From assembly GCA_040767085.1 (NCBI GenBank), contig JAXGPF010000005.1, positions 1 to 64,000 of the forward strand: a stretch of DNA of 64,000 nucleotides. The letters are read 5' to 3'. Every line of letters starts with the position of its first letter. Positions within the stretch are counted from its first letter, which is position 1. The notes under the pieces were generated by a model. It ran no database searches, was not told where the DNA came from, and saw only the letters and a list, made by a program, of their open reading frames with translations. Shown here piece by piece: positions 37,456-48,800 of this stretch. The DNA is from Kiritimatiellia bacterium. Its GTDB lineage: Bacteria; Verrucomicrobiota; Kiritimatiellia; JAAZAB01. A program made the translations under genes and the position numbers.

Positions 37456-39069
37456 ATGAACTCCTCCGAAAAAAAAGATCCAGAGGCGCCGGCCGATCCG
37501 CTGGTAGACCTGCAGCGTCAATTCCAGGACGCCATGCGGCATTATAACCTCGACGGCATGTTTCCCGGGGCCGGGTCCGACCCGGCCCCGTCGGTCAAAC
37601 CGGCCGCGCCGCCGCCCGACCCGTTGCGCTGCATCCGGGAATTCAATCACAAGCCCCGCGAAATCAGGGACTATCTGGACCGTTTCGTCATTCAGCAGGC
37701 GGACGCCAAAAAAGTGCTCGCCGTGGCCATCTGCGACCATTACAATCATGCCCGGCAATGCATCGAAAATCCGGCCCTGCGCGAACGGGAATACGCCAAG
37801 CAAAATGTGATTCTCCTGGGCCCCACCGGCGTAGGCAAGACCTACCTCATCCGCTGCATCTCCCGGCTGATCGGCGTGCCGTTCGTCAAGTCCGACGCCA
37901 CCAAGTTTTCCGAAACCGGCTATGTGGGCCATGACGTCGAGGATCTGGTCCGCGACCTGGTCAAGGCCGCCGACGGCGACGTAGACCTGGCGCAATACGG
38001 CATCATTTACATTGACGAAATCGATAAAATCGCCGCCGCCGGCAATGCCGGGACGCGCGACGTCTCCGGGCGCGGCGTGCAGGTGAACCTGCTCAAGCTG
38101 ATGGAGGACACTGATGTCAGCCTCCAAAGCCAGACCGACCTCCTGGGCCAGATGGAAGCCATCATGCAACTGCAGCGCAGCGGCAAGCCGCCCAAACGCA
38201 CCATCAATACCCGCCACATCCTCTTCATCGTCAGCGGCGCTTTCGACGCGCTGGGCGAGCTGGTAAAAAAAAGACTGCAGGCCGGCGCAATCGGATTTGC
38301 CGCCGCCGGCCGCGCCACGCGGTCCGACAGCGAATGGCTGAAAAAGGCGGGCACCGCCGATTTCATCCAGGCCGGGTTCGAGCCGGAATTCGTCGGCCGC
38401 CTGCCGGTGCGCGTGGTCTGCGACGGCTTGACCGCCGCCGACCTGGAGCAGATCATGCTTACGGCGGAGGACAGCATCCTGACGCAATACCGCCGGGACT
38501 TCGCGGGGTACGGCATTGACTTCAGCCTGACCCGCGAAGCCATCGGCGCCATCGCCCAGCGGGCGGACGGCGAGCGCACCGGCGCGCGCGGGCTGATGAC
38601 GGTCATGGAGCGGATTTTCCGGAACTTCAAGTTCGAGTTGCCGTCCACCGCCGTCAAATCACTGGAAGCCTCGACCGACACCATCGCCGACCCGGACGCG
38701 GCCCTGGCCGCCCTGTTGCGCGCCAACCTGCACGCGCAGGCGGGGCTGCTGAAGAAGGAAGTCGCCGCCTTCGCCGAGCGCTTCCGCCACGAACACGGCC
38801 TGGAACTGGTTTTCGAAGAATCCGCCATCTGTGCGCTGGCCGACCTGAGCCTCCAGAAAGACCGGACGGTGCGCGCCATCTGCGAAGAAAAATTCCGCGA
38901 CTTCCAGCACGGCCTGAAGCTGATCGCCAACAACACCGGCCAGACCCGGTTCGTCATCAACGACGCCATGCTGGCTGCGCCCGACCGCGAACTATCCCAA
39001 TGGATCGTGGCGAGTTTCAAAGCCGTCCGGAACAAGCCGGCGCCCGCCGGCCCGCCGGAAGCGGTTTAA
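37456..39069 (+). CDS. ClpX-like AAA+ ATPase lacking the N-terminal zinc finger
   Basis: VIQQADAKK, GPTGVGKT, DATKFSETGYVG, IYIDEIDK, RDVSGRGVQ, IGF loop, PEFVGRLP and TGARGL. Confidence 0.85.
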   Translation: MNSSEKKDPEAPADPLVDLQRQFQDAMRHYNLDGMFPGAGSDPAPSVKPAAPPPDPLRCIREFNHKPREIRDYLDRFVIQQADAKKVLAVAICDHYNHARQCIENPALREREYAKQNVILLGPTGVGKTYLIRCISRLIGVPFVKSDATKFSETGYVGHDVEDLVRDLVKAADGDVDLAQYGIIYIDEIDKIAAAGNAGTRDVSGRGVQVNLLKLMEDTDVSLQSQTDLLGQMEAIMQLQRSGKPPKRTINTRHILFIVSGAFDALGELVKKRLQAGAIGFAAAGRATRSDSEWLKKAGTADFIQAGFEPEFVGRLPVRVVCDGLTAADLEQIMLTAEDSILTQYRRDFAGYGIDFSLTREAIGAIAQRADGERTGARGLMTVMERIFRNFKFELPSTAVKSLEASTDTIADPDAALAALLRANLHAQAGLLKKEVAAFAERFRHEHGLELVFEESAICALADLSLQKDRTVRAICEEKFRDFQHGLKLIANNTGQTRFVINDAMLAAPDRELSQWIVASFKAVRNKPAPAGPPEAV

Positions 39070-39103
39070 TCCGGCGGCGAATCCGGCGCGTCGAACCAGC
39101 CGT

Positions 39104-40531
39104 TCACCGCAGTTTGAACAATGCGCCCCGCGGAATAGTTTCATAGGCGCCCATATCCACAATACCGGAAAATCGGTCCCGGCGCACAAATCCCGCAAGA
39201 TCCACGGCGCCGGTCATCCAATCCATGTTGGTACCGGCGTTGACGCCCGGCGACTGCGCATCCAGCCGGAAAGATTCATCGCTGAATAACGGCGGACTGG
39301 TTATATTGCCTTCGCCAGAACCCATCTCAGACGCGGGATATGAACAGGAATACACCACACCGCCGGTCAGTGCGGCTCCGCTCAAGTTAAGATTAGACTG
39401 CAACCCCGCCGCATTATTGTAAATGACGCAATTGACGGCGTGGACGCCGCTGACCTCCGCCGTGGTCACGCCGATATACAATCCCCCCCCGCTGGTGGTT
39501 GCCGCGTTTGACACAATCGTGCAATTGGCCAGTGAATTGCCGTTGTCGCGGTTTTGCGCCGCACAGTAGATTCCGCCGCCATAGGGCGCCGAGTTATAAG
39601 CGAACACATTATTGCGCAACACGATGCGGCAGGCATCGCCGCGAATGTATAATCCGCCGCCGTAGTAATAACCGGCGCGGGTCACCAGATTGCTTATGAT
39701 CCGGCAATTTTCAATCACTGCCTCCCCGGACGCGGCGGCGCCATAATAACAGTACATCCCCCCTCCCTGATTGGTTGCCGCGTTACAGGCGATAGTAGAA
39801 TTAGCCACCACCCCCTCCATTTTCAAATGGATGCCGCCGCCATACAAGCCGGCATTAGCAAAGATCACGCAATTGGAGATGAAACCGTTTTGCTCCACAA
39901 ACACGCCGCCGCCATAATTGGGACACCGATTGGAAATGATGGAGCATTCGATTAACGCGCCGCTTTCCCGGATCAGCACTCCGCCGCCGCCATAGGAAGT
40001 ATCCCGTTCGGACAAATTATTAAAAATGCTGCACCTTTCCACCCGGGCCAACGGCCCGTTCAGGCAGACGCCCCCGCCATGCAGCCCGACATTTTCTTTT
40101 ACCCGGCAATCGCGAAGCATTCCGGCAGAAATATAAACGCCGCCGCCATAAACTGCAGAATTGGCCGAGCCATTGCTGATGGTAAAACCGGTGACTACGG
40201 CATTGGAATGGCTGATGTTCAGACAGCGCACCGAAGCCTTGCCGTCTATCGATGTCTGCTCGGTGCCAGCGGCGCCGACCAGCCTAACGCCTTTGCTGAC
40301 CGCCAATTCAGCTTCCAGAAAATATACGCCGTTGGATACCAGAATCATATCATCTGTCAGGGACTGATCCAGGGCATTGCTGATCGTACGCAAGGCCGTC
40401 GGCCAGTTCGTGCCGTCCGCCCCATCCTGTCCCAAAGTCGAAACATACCATGTAGTTGCACCGCGGCCGGGCAGCGGCATCCCCAACCCTATAATCCATG
40501 CTAATGTCAGACAGCGCTGTAGTGCTTGCAT
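39104..40531 (-). CDS. Secreted parallel beta-helix repeat protein
   Basis: Signal peptide; WYVS..G.D...G..W; repeated N...GGG[VIL]Y units; FRL...SP..NAG and VDMGAYE. Confidence 0.8.
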   Translation of the reverse strand: MQALQRCLTLAWIIGLGMPLPGRGATTWYVSTLGQDGADGTNWPTALRTISNALDQSLTDDMILVSNGVYFLEAELAVSKGVRLVGAAGTEQTSIDGKASVRCLNISHSNAVVTGFTISNGSANSAVYGGGVYISAGMLRDCRVKENVGLHGGGVCLNGPLARVERCSIFNNLSERDTSYGGGGVLIRESGALIECSIISNRCPNYGGGVFVEQNGFISNCVIFANAGLYGGGIHLKMEGVVANSTIACNAATNQGGGMYCYYGAAASGEAVIENCRIISNLVTRAGYYYGGGLYIRGDACRIVLRNNVFAYNSAPYGGGIYCAAQNRDNGNSLANCTIVSNAATTSGGGLYIGVTTAEVSGVHAVNCVIYNNAAGLQSNLNLSGAALTGGVVYSCSYPASEMGSGEGNITSPPLFSDESFRLDAQSPGVNAGTNMDWMTGAVDLAGFVRRDRFSGIVDMGAYETIPRGALFKLR

Positions 40532-40776
40532 CTCTATCCTTTCTCGTTGGCTACAACCTAAACCGCCAATGGCATGCCAGAAACAGTTTGCTATTTAAGT
40601 TAATTTCAAAGTCCGCTGGTCTATAATGCCTCAAGCTGACACTAACTGACTTTTATACAAGTTAATCGCCACCTGATTTAAGAATTATAACAAACGAAAA
40701 CCAGGGACGGCAAATATTTCCCATGTTGTGAGCAAACAAATCGTCCAGTTTGAGACTCTTGCACGTGGCTCGCATT

Positions 40777-42438
40777 TCAATTAAACATTACAGCTTGGGA
40801 AAAAAGCATATCCACTATTGGAATCGGCGCAGGCTCGCGCTTGTCGGAATCGACCGTTCCGCTGTAACCGCCCCCGCGAAAATCGTGCAGGCGGCTGATC
40901 TCCAGCACGTTCATGGATGCCATGGTCTCCGCCGTGAGCGGTTGGCCCTGGCAATGTGTTGCGGGATAAGCAAAGGCTTCGATTCTCACATATTTTTCCA
41001 GGATGCGGCCGGCGGGATCGCGGGAGAGTGTGTAAGCCGCCTGCGGCTGGTTTTCAATGAGGGCCACACCTTGGTCGGTGATGAAACGCACCTGCACGCG
41101 CGGCCTTTTGGTCTGATCCGCACCCGCCACTGCGACGGTTACCGCGGTGGGATTCCCGGTTTTATCCTTTTCCAGGGCGATACGGGCGAATCGGAAACTA
41201 CTGTAATCGTATGGCGGGGTTTTACGTCCCTGGCCATCGGTCGCCAGCGCGCCCAGCAGACCGTAAAAAGTTCCATTGCGGTAAGCGCGCGCGGCGTTAT
41301 GCTCCCTGGCCTCCCGGGAAAGCTCCCCGGACTCCGGCACCAGCAGTATGTTGCGGCCCCGGGCGTAAACAAAATGATCGCGCACAAAAAAACCAAAACA
41401 TCTTTGCCCGGTTGACAGCACTTCATCCCAGTGGTTGTAAAAAGCCAAGGTGCCCTTGCGGCCGAAAGCCAGGTGCTGGTTCCAAACCTCTATGCCCAGG
41501 ACGCGCGGATCGAATGCCAGCTTTTCGAGCGTGGCTTCCAGCGGGCCGCCCGTGTGGTTGAGGGTGATACCGCCCCCGTCCCTGAAGCGGAGACCTTCTA
41601 TCGGATGGCCCTGGCCATCTTGCATTGTGCCGTCAAGCGCCGCCTTATACGCATCGCGCCATGGCCGATGCACGCCCTGCCGCAGGACAAAGCGCAAGTC
41701 GGTAATTTCCTCCGGATTAAAATCGAACCGGACTTGCATCCGGCCGGATTCCGCCCGGAGATAGATTCTTCGCGTATTGACGGGGATGCTCCTTTTTTGC
41801 AGGTCGCTGTCCGGAGTGAGTTCGTAAGTTGCCGGGTCAACCTCGCGCGCGCCGGCTACCGCCAAGGTCATAGCCGCATCGGCTTTCCCGCTGATAAACA
41901 TGTCCAGGCGGTAAATGCTCAGCCATGGCTTTTTATCGTCATAGGGGTTCAGATTTTCGAACGCGTATGCCACGGGGGAAGTCCGGTTATTGCGGTATGA
42001 CGTTTTTGCGCTTTCGCCATGCCCGGTGGCGTAATAGCTGTCCAGCGTATTGAAATGGCCGGGACCGTGAGCGCTATGATGCTCGGCGTTGGGCGCCCAG
42101 AGGGCGTCCGGGTGCTGCGCCCGGAACTTCTCGGGCAAGGGTTGCGGTTTGGAAGGATAGTAGTTGGAAAAAGGGAAATGGCGAAATCCCATTTCCCAGA
42201 ATAGTTCGGGATTGACATCATAATCCGGCACGCGCCCGCCATGCTGATGGGAAAAGGAATGCAGATGTTCGACGCTGCTCCAGTCAACGTTTTCGTATGG
42301 GTTCATAATTCTGTTCGGGGCGGCGGATGCATGTTCCTGTCCCGCGGTTGGCCGGGTGAAGACAAGCCCGGAGTAAACAAACAGCGTCACCAATATGGCG
42401 CTATTTCTGCGAACCTGCCTTGGACGCATCATAATCAC
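40777..42438 (-). CDS. Secreted hypothetical protein with PHP-like metal-binding motifs
   Basis: Signal-like N-terminus; HSFSHQH, NAEHH, LNH, GIEVWN, WDEVL and RDH. Confidence 0.6.
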   Translation of the reverse strand: MIMMRPRQVRRNSAILVTLFVYSGLVFTRPTAGQEHASAAPNRIMNPYENVDWSSVEHLHSFSHQHGGRVPDYDVNPELFWEMGFRHFPFSNYYPSKPQPLPEKFRAQHPDALWAPNAEHHSAHGPGHFNTLDSYYATGHGESAKTSYRNNRTSPVAYAFENLNPYDDKKPWLSIYRLDMFISGKADAAMTLAVAGAREVDPATYELTPDSDLQKRSIPVNTRRIYLRAESGRMQVRFDFNPEEITDLRFVLRQGVHRPWRDAYKAALDGTMQDGQGHPIEGLRFRDGGGITLNHTGGPLEATLEKLAFDPRVLGIEVWNQHLAFGRKGTLAFYNHWDEVLSTGQRCFGFFVRDHFVYARGRNILLVPESGELSREAREHNAARAYRNGTFYGLLGALATDGQGRKTPPYDYSSFRFARIALEKDKTGNPTAVTVAVAGADQTKRPRVQVRFITDQGVALIENQPQAAYTLSRDPAGRILEKYVRIEAFAYPATHCQGQPLTAETMASMNVLEISRLHDFRGGGYSGTVDSDKREPAPIPIVDMLFSQAVMFN

Positions 42439-42552
42439 TGTAATCCATCTCCCATGGAAATATTATGCCGGCAATATACGAGTTGTTTACAAAAGCCTGG
42501 CGCAATATGGATTTTTAGTTTTACGTTGAAAATCCAATCGTGTCAAATTTAA

Positions 42553-44086
42553 GGCTCCTAACCAGAATTTGTGGGTAAAAAACAGGTTTTAAAGTTTAAG
42601 AAGTTCTCCAAGCAATGGCGCCAAAAGATGGTGGAGTTATTAACAGCCTGCCGCTTTGGGCGTTTGGCGGCCCCGCAGCAGCCTGATTAATAACTCCTGA
42701 TTGGCGCGATGGCGGAACGGAGATAAAGCGGCGGCAAAAAAATAGGCTGGCCTTTCCGTAATCCATTGCGTATGCAATGGGTGAACACAAAAAAAGGAGG
42801 ACCAGCCCAAGGTGAAACTTAAAACAATTTTGAATCGTTTGCAACCTTTGAAACGTTTTATTTATCAGGAAACTTGTATGGTTTTGGATCGTCGCGGCCA
42901 ATGGAAAGTGGATATAAGCATTCGTCCGCATCGCCAACGCGCGGCATGCTGCTCGCGTTGCGGGCGACCGCTGGCGACATACGACACTCTGCCTGAACGG
43001 ATATGGGCGTTTGTGCCCATTTTGAATGTGCCGGCTTTTTTGCATTATAGTCCGCGCCGGGTAAATTGCCCCGAACATGGCGTGGTGGTGGAAGCGCTGC
43101 CTTGGAGCGATGGCAAACGACCCTACAGCAAGGCGCTGATGCTTTTTTTGGGGAACTGGGCGCGGAGGTTGTCCTGGAAAGAGACGGCGCTGATTTTCAA
43201 AGTCAGTTGGCAGGCGGTTTATCGGTCGGTCGAGTGGATGGTGGAATGGGGCTTGGCGCACCGGGAATTGGCCAATATAACGGCGATTGGTGTTGATGAA
43301 CTCCACGTAGGCAACGGTAAAAAGAGCAAGAACTATCTGACCTTGATCTATCAGATTGATGCGCAATGCCGCCGATTGCTCTGGGTCGGCCAAACCCGCC
43401 GGGCGGCCGCGCTGCGTAAAGGGTTGCAATCTTTGGGAAAACCCGTGCTGGCCGGCATTCGACATATATGTAGCGATATGTGGCGACCTTATCTGAAAGT
43501 CATTGCTGCGAGCCTCAGCCACGGTTGCCACATGATTGACCGCTTCCATGTCGTGCAAACCTTGAATGCCGCCGTGGACGAGGTCCGGCGCCGGGATATG
43601 GCGGCGATGACAGCGCGTCCGGCGGCCAAGCAAAAACTCAAGAAAATGCGCTGGACCTTGCTGCGCCGCAAAACCCGCGTGCGCGGCAAAGCTCGCGAAA
43701 TGCTTGATCGGATATTGGGCACAAGACTGCAAACCGGCCGCGCCTATTTGTTCAAGGAAAGCTTTCAGCATTTTTGGAGCTATCACAGCCCAACCTGGGC
43801 GCGTAATTATCTCCAGGCATGGGTCAAGCGCGCCTGTCGTAGCCGCATTGCGCCAATCATTAAGGCGGCTAAAACCATTGCTAAACACGAGGAGCTGCTT
43901 TTGAACTGGATCAGAGCCAGAAACGAGGTTTTTACTGGCGCAACCGAGGGCTTGAACAATAAAGCTCGAGTGGTTACCAAACGATCTTATGGCTTCAGAA
44001 CTTTTCATGGCGCGGAAATGGCGCTATATCATACCCTTGGGCAATTGCCCGAACCGGTAATCACCCACAAATTCTGGTGAGGAAAC
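42553..44086 (+). mobile_element. ISL3-family insertion sequence (1534 bp)
   Basis: 24-bp IRs GGCTCCTAACCAGAATTTGTGGGT and ACCCACAAATTCTGGTGAGGAAAC (3 mismatches); 8-bp TSD AAATTTAA at 42545-42552 and 44087-44094. Confidence 0.93.
42812..44080 (+). CDS. ISL3 family transposase
   Basis: Zn finger CSRC...CPEH; IGVDE, CSDMW, DRFHV and EGLNNKARVVTKRSYGFR. Confidence 0.95.
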   Translation: MKLKTILNRLQPLKRFIYQETCMVLDRRGQWKVDISIRPHRQRAACCSRCGRPLATYDTLPERIWAFVPILNVPAFLHYSPRRVNCPEHGVVVEALPWSDGKRPYSKALMLFLGNWARRLSWKETALIFKVSWQAVYRSVEWMVEWGLAHRELANITAIGVDELHVGNGKKSKNYLTLIYQIDAQCRRLLWVGQTRRAAALRKGLQSLGKPVLAGIRHICSDMWRPYLKVIAASLSHGCHMIDRFHVVQTLNAAVDEVRRRDMAAMTARPAAKQKLKKMRWTLLRRKTRVRGKAREMLDRILGTRLQTGRAYLFKESFQHFWSYHSPTWARNYLQAWVKRACRSRIAPIIKAAKTIAKHEELLLNWIRARNEVFTGATEGLNNKARVVTKRSYGFRTFHGAEMALYHTLGQLPEPVITHKFW

Positions 44087-44285
44087 AAATTTAATAACTC
44101 TACGAATTTTGCTGAATTTTCACGTTTTTACTGTATTTGGACGGACGCGCCTGTTTACGGCCTTTACGCGCTATACGTTAATCTGCCTGGAGTGACAACA
44201 AGCGAAAACGGGATAAAACCAATGTTTGCCCAAATTTCAGCAAAACAAAGCATCCATTTTTAGACTTTTGAAACCAGATTAATGA

Positions 44286-45539
44286 TTATCTTGTTATTAA
44301 TCTGATCGCAATATTTTCACAACCGGCCGGCGGCGCATAATTTTCCAACCGGCTGATCGTTCGCCCGTTCGATTCCGCTATGATGTCATAATGGAAAAAG
44401 GTCGTCACGGGCACGCCATCCGCATCCGCCGCGATTATGCTGTGGGTTAAAATAATAGCGCGGGCATCGCCGGCGCCCGGCGTGCATCCATCCGTTCCGG
44501 TGATGGCGTAATTATTGGCGACCAGGTCTTCCCCCGTCTCGCGGGGTACGGCGCGCACGCGCGCCCGTGCGACAGGGTCACCGGCATCATTTTCCACACG
44601 GACTGCCACTTGCCGACGGAAAACGGCCCGGCTGCTTTGGCCAGGTTGCGCCGCGTAAACATCCGGCTGTGCGCCGGGAGCAACCTGGCAATCCGTCAAT
44701 TCAATCCGGCCGCCGCTGGTCAATTGCCAATTGCGCGCATTGCGTTCGAATCGGCAGCCATGCAAAAGGATGGTATTGCCCTGGATACCGGCAATAACCG
44801 TGGTGTTTTCCCGGAAACAGCAGCCTTCCGCCGCTTGATCCGGCGCGCTGAAAACAGATGCATTATTTTCGAAAATCGAATCGCGGATTGACGCGCGCTG
44901 CCGGGCGGCGCCAAATAAAGCGGCAGCGTTGAATCCGGCAACCAACGCGCGGTCCAGGGTGACCAGCCCTGACCAATAAGGGCGGGCTATTTCCCGCCGC
45001 CCGCTCGCCGATGCAAGCACACCATGATAAATATGCAACTCGCCGCCATAGCCGTTTTGCCACCCCCCACGTCCATCGGGCAACTTGCCGGAAACAATCG
45101 TGTGGTCTTTCCCGCCGATCTTAAGCGCCGCCCGGATGGCGGAGTTTGTGCGGTTGCCCAAGGTCAAGCGGTTGACGCACGCGGGAGCGTATCGGTCGTT
45201 CACGCCGACCACCAGATAAGGCGCAAGAATCAAAGTTCCGTTCAGGATCAAAGTTTCGTTGGCCAACAGTGGACATCCGATTTGCATCCACGTTTCAGAA
45301 CCGTCATTCCGGCCAACCTGCAGGTTGGCGTCAACGGTATATGTTTGCGCGCCGGCATCCTTCCGTACCAGGTTCCAACCATTGGCGCGGTCAGCGCGCA
45401 ACAGTGACTCCAGTCGCGCCGGCGCTGACTCGGCAAAGTCAGCCACAATCATCGTGCGCGTACCGGACTCAAAAACGACTGTCGCCGGCAAGGGGAGGCT
45501 GATCAACAGGCATGCCAGACAGGCAATAATTTTACCCAT
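44286..45539 (-). CDS. Secreted hypothetical protein (beta-helix-like)
   Basis: Signal peptide MGKIIACLACLLISLPLPA; repeated FENN/FREN/FERN beta-helix-like turns. Confidence 0.6.
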   Translation of the reverse strand: MGKIIACLACLLISLPLPATVVFESGTRTMIVADFAESAPARLESLLRADRANGWNLVRKDAGAQTYTVDANLQVGRNDGSETWMQIGCPLLANETLILNGTLILAPYLVVGVNDRYAPACVNRLTLGNRTNSAIRAALKIGGKDHTIVSGKLPDGRGGWQNGYGGELHIYHGVLASASGRREIARPYWSGLVTLDRALVAGFNAAALFGAARQRASIRDSIFENNASVFSAPDQAAEGCCFRENTTVIAGIQGNTILLHGCRFERNARNWQLTSGGRIELTDCQVAPGAQPDVYAAQPGQSSRAVFRRQVAVRVENDAGDPVARARVRAVPRETGEDLVANNYAITGTDGCTPGAGDARAIILTHSIIAADADGVPVTTFFHYDIIAESNGRTISRLENYAPPAGCENIAIRLITR

Positions 45540-45565
45540 ATTACCACCTGAATCCGTTATGAGGT

Positions 45566-45723
45566 CGGGATGCCGCATCCCGCTGGAAGTGCGACAAGAA
45601 TACGCGGCGCGAAGGATGAAGCTGGATCAACATATCCCGCGATAGCGGGACAAGCTGCAAGTTTATCCCGCGAGCGGGATTTATCCCGCACAGCGGGATT
45701 CTTCGCAATAGAGCAGATGCGGC
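45566..45723. repeat. Cluster of REP-like hairpins ATCCCGC-N2-4-GCGGGA(T)
   Basis: Copies at 45634-45650, 45665-45680 and 45683-45699, plus CGGGATGC-C-GCATCCCG at 45566-45582. Confidence 0.75.
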
Positions 45724-45872
45724 ATAATGGCCTCACCCGCAGGGCGGTCTTTCCCGTCAAACCGAGCCGTGCTTTTTTGGTGATATTGTAAAACGCCATA
45801 AATTGTTGTTTATTCAGGCATTATCTTAACAATATAAAATCCCGCCACGGATTCAGGTTGCATTGCCGCGGG

Positions 45873-48800
45873 TTATGGCTCGAATTCCGTCGCCGCAGCG
45901 CCGCGTTCTATCTGCAACCCATCCACCCAGACAGTGCTGCTGGCATCGGACACAAAATGCACTCCCAGCATGCTGGCGCCCGACCCGGCTTCGAAAGCCA
46001 CACTGCAGCGTTGCCATTGGCGTTGCAGTTGGAAAGAAGTGTCGCCTTTTCCGCCGGCGCGCAGCTTGGCGGTCACGCCCTCTCGATCCGCGCGCAGCCA
46101 GGCGGAAAATACATATTTTTCCGGCGTCATATGGCTGGTATGCAAATTGATATAAATAAACCGCCAGCTACCGCCATCCGCAATCATTTCCAGACATTTA
46201 GCGCCATGGTACGGAGCATTGGTGGTCAACCCCCACACTTGATTGGAACCGCCAATGCGTTCCCAGGGCTTCAGCGGCGTTCCTGTCTGGCGCCAGTAAT
46301 CGGGACGGCCGGGAATGGATTCCTCTTCCAAACTCGGATTCGGCGCCAGGTTTTTCATATCAACCCGCCCCGCCCGCCCGTAAGTCGGCGTCCGCGGCGG
46401 CGGCATGCCCCGCGGCTGCATGGCGACCCCGATGGCAAGCGCCCCGTCTAGCACGGAATCATGGCCGGCTTTTTGTATATGATAGGCGCGCACTCCCAGC
46501 GGTTCCAGTTGATCATCAAAGGCGCCGGCGGTAACGGGATAAGCAGCCGCCAGGAAAAGTTCTTGAATGGCTTCGGCGCGCTCAAACAGGGGGGAATCGT
46601 ATCGCACCGCAACCGGGTAATCGGCGACATTGGCGGCCAGCAAGATAAAGCCCCCGTCCGGGTCGCGCTTCAGCGCAACATGTACATCCGGCATGCGCCG
46701 GGCGTCAAAATCATACGGCCCGCCGGAATAATTCACGGTTTGGGGCAGATCCGGTTCCAGGCATGCGGGACTTAACCGCCGCAGGCGCCGTGCCAATTCG
46801 CGCAGCGTATCCCAGTTAGCCTGAGCGCGCTCCGGGTAGCAGAAATATCCGATGCCTTTGACGCCGTGGATCAAAGCCAGGTAGGTTTGGCACACCTGCT
46901 CGGCGGGCAGCAAGGCGCGCTTGACGATCCCGCTGTATTCGGCGCCCTGCATGACGACCAGGGGCACCACGCGCATCCGCCGCGCTTTCAGCCGCAAGTG
47001 ATGCGCCATCCAAGCGACATAATCAATAGTGCCGTTGACGCCTGCATGTTCCGGCGTCCAGTATGGATCAATCCCCAACATATCCGCCCAATCAAACCAG
47101 TCATCCGAACATTGGTACACGCCCGGATTACAATTGAGAAAAACCGGATGGTAGCCGTCCAGTTTTTTTATCCGGCGATAGAATTCCCGGCCGACGGGAA
47201 TCTGGCCGTAATTGATATTCAACAACGGCTCGTCGAAAATGAAACAAGCGGCCAGCGCCGGATGCCGCATTCCCGCCTGCAATACCGCCGCAAGATAAGG
47301 CATCTGATTGTCAAGATACTCCAGCAATACTGCGGTTTTAACTTGCGCAGCGCGTCCGGGAATGGCGGAGAGAATGACATCTTTGCTGCGGATGCCCAAC
47401 GAGCAGGTGGCATGTTGCAAGGCGCGGTTGACCGCATGCAGTTCCTCCGGATTCAGTAGTTGATCCCGGTTTTTGACCTTGGTGCGGGCGTTGAACGGCG
47501 TATAATTCATATCCACAGCCGCAATGACTTTCAGACCATGCCGCGCCGCGGCATCCAGGTATGCCTGCATATCTTTAACTTGATCGCCCTCAGGATCGCT
47601 GCGGTCGCCCGCCGGCTGATATGACCATTGGTACATGGTGTTAAAACCGGCGTCCGCTATTTCGGCGAAAGCATAATCATCCGCCGGCGTAATGCCGGCC
47701 ATGATCATCCCGCACGGAAAAAACGGCTTGCCGTTGTCAAGCAGCCGTTGATTGGCCCGATCCACTTTCCACTCGCAACCCGGGCGCGGAGCGCGCTTAA
47801 TCAGCGGCAGTGCCAGCACCGACCCGGCGCCGCCATCCGCCAGCACGAGTTCCAAGTGCAATTGGTGTTCCCCCGCCGGCACCCGATCGAGCGGCACGGC
47901 AAAATCCAACCGGGGGGGTGGCGCGTCCAGACTAGCCAGCACCTGCGCTCCCAGCCGCGCCTGGAGATGGAGATCGCGCAAGGTTTCCGCCGGCATTCCG
48001 ATACGGCAAGCGGCATACGCCGCCGATTCCGTCGTGTAATAATCGCGGTCTAACTCTGCCGCGAACAGGTTCAGTACGCCAGCATCTGCGATAGCCAGCT
48101 TTTGCCAGGTCTCGCGTGTCGTACCGTCCACCAAACACACCGTGACGGCGCGTTCCGTCATGGCCGCGACCGGAACCGGCACACGCGCCGACAGCATGAC
48201 AGCGCTGCCATCCGCGAAAACAACCTTTTCAGCCAGAGTGCTTTCGCCATGGCGGGGTTCGTCCTTCACGGCAATGAGCACGGTCCCGGTGGCAGAACTG
48301 AACAACTGCAAGTCGGCCTGAATGTCATAAAAAGCCGTCCCATTGGTGACATAATACTGACTGACTTCCGCCGATTTAATATAGGGCAGCAAAGGCGCAA
48401 CCAGGCTATTTATTTCCAAATCGAGCAGGCGCCCGAAACGCGCCGCCTCCGTCCAGGCGTTGGCGGGTGAACTGCCTGAAAGCGCCGCCCAACTGAGGCA
48501 TTCGCGCTCTGCACCAATTTTCACCCGGCAAGCGTCGCGGTAAACGCGGAAACAATCAATGATAAAATTCATCCGAGCTTGCTCGGGGTGACCTACCTCG
48601 GTCAGAAGCGCAAGCGGCAGCGCAATTTCAACTTGCCAGCCCCGGGGATCGGTTGTCACCGCCGATTTCCATGGAATATTCCATTCCTCGCGTTCGCGGC
48701 CCTTATCCGTAGTCACCCGGAAATCGGCCCGGGTGTTGGCTTTATTGACTAGAAACTGATAAAACATTTGGCCGCCCGTGCCGGGATCGAAGGAAACCTG

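Noticed and set aside
42596-44008. 470-aa ORF antisense to the ISL3 transposase
   Set aside because: Codon-register shadow with no motifs
45566-45723. Possible CRISPR array
   Set aside because: Repeats are only about 17 nt with 2-14 nt gaps, and there are no cas genes in the window
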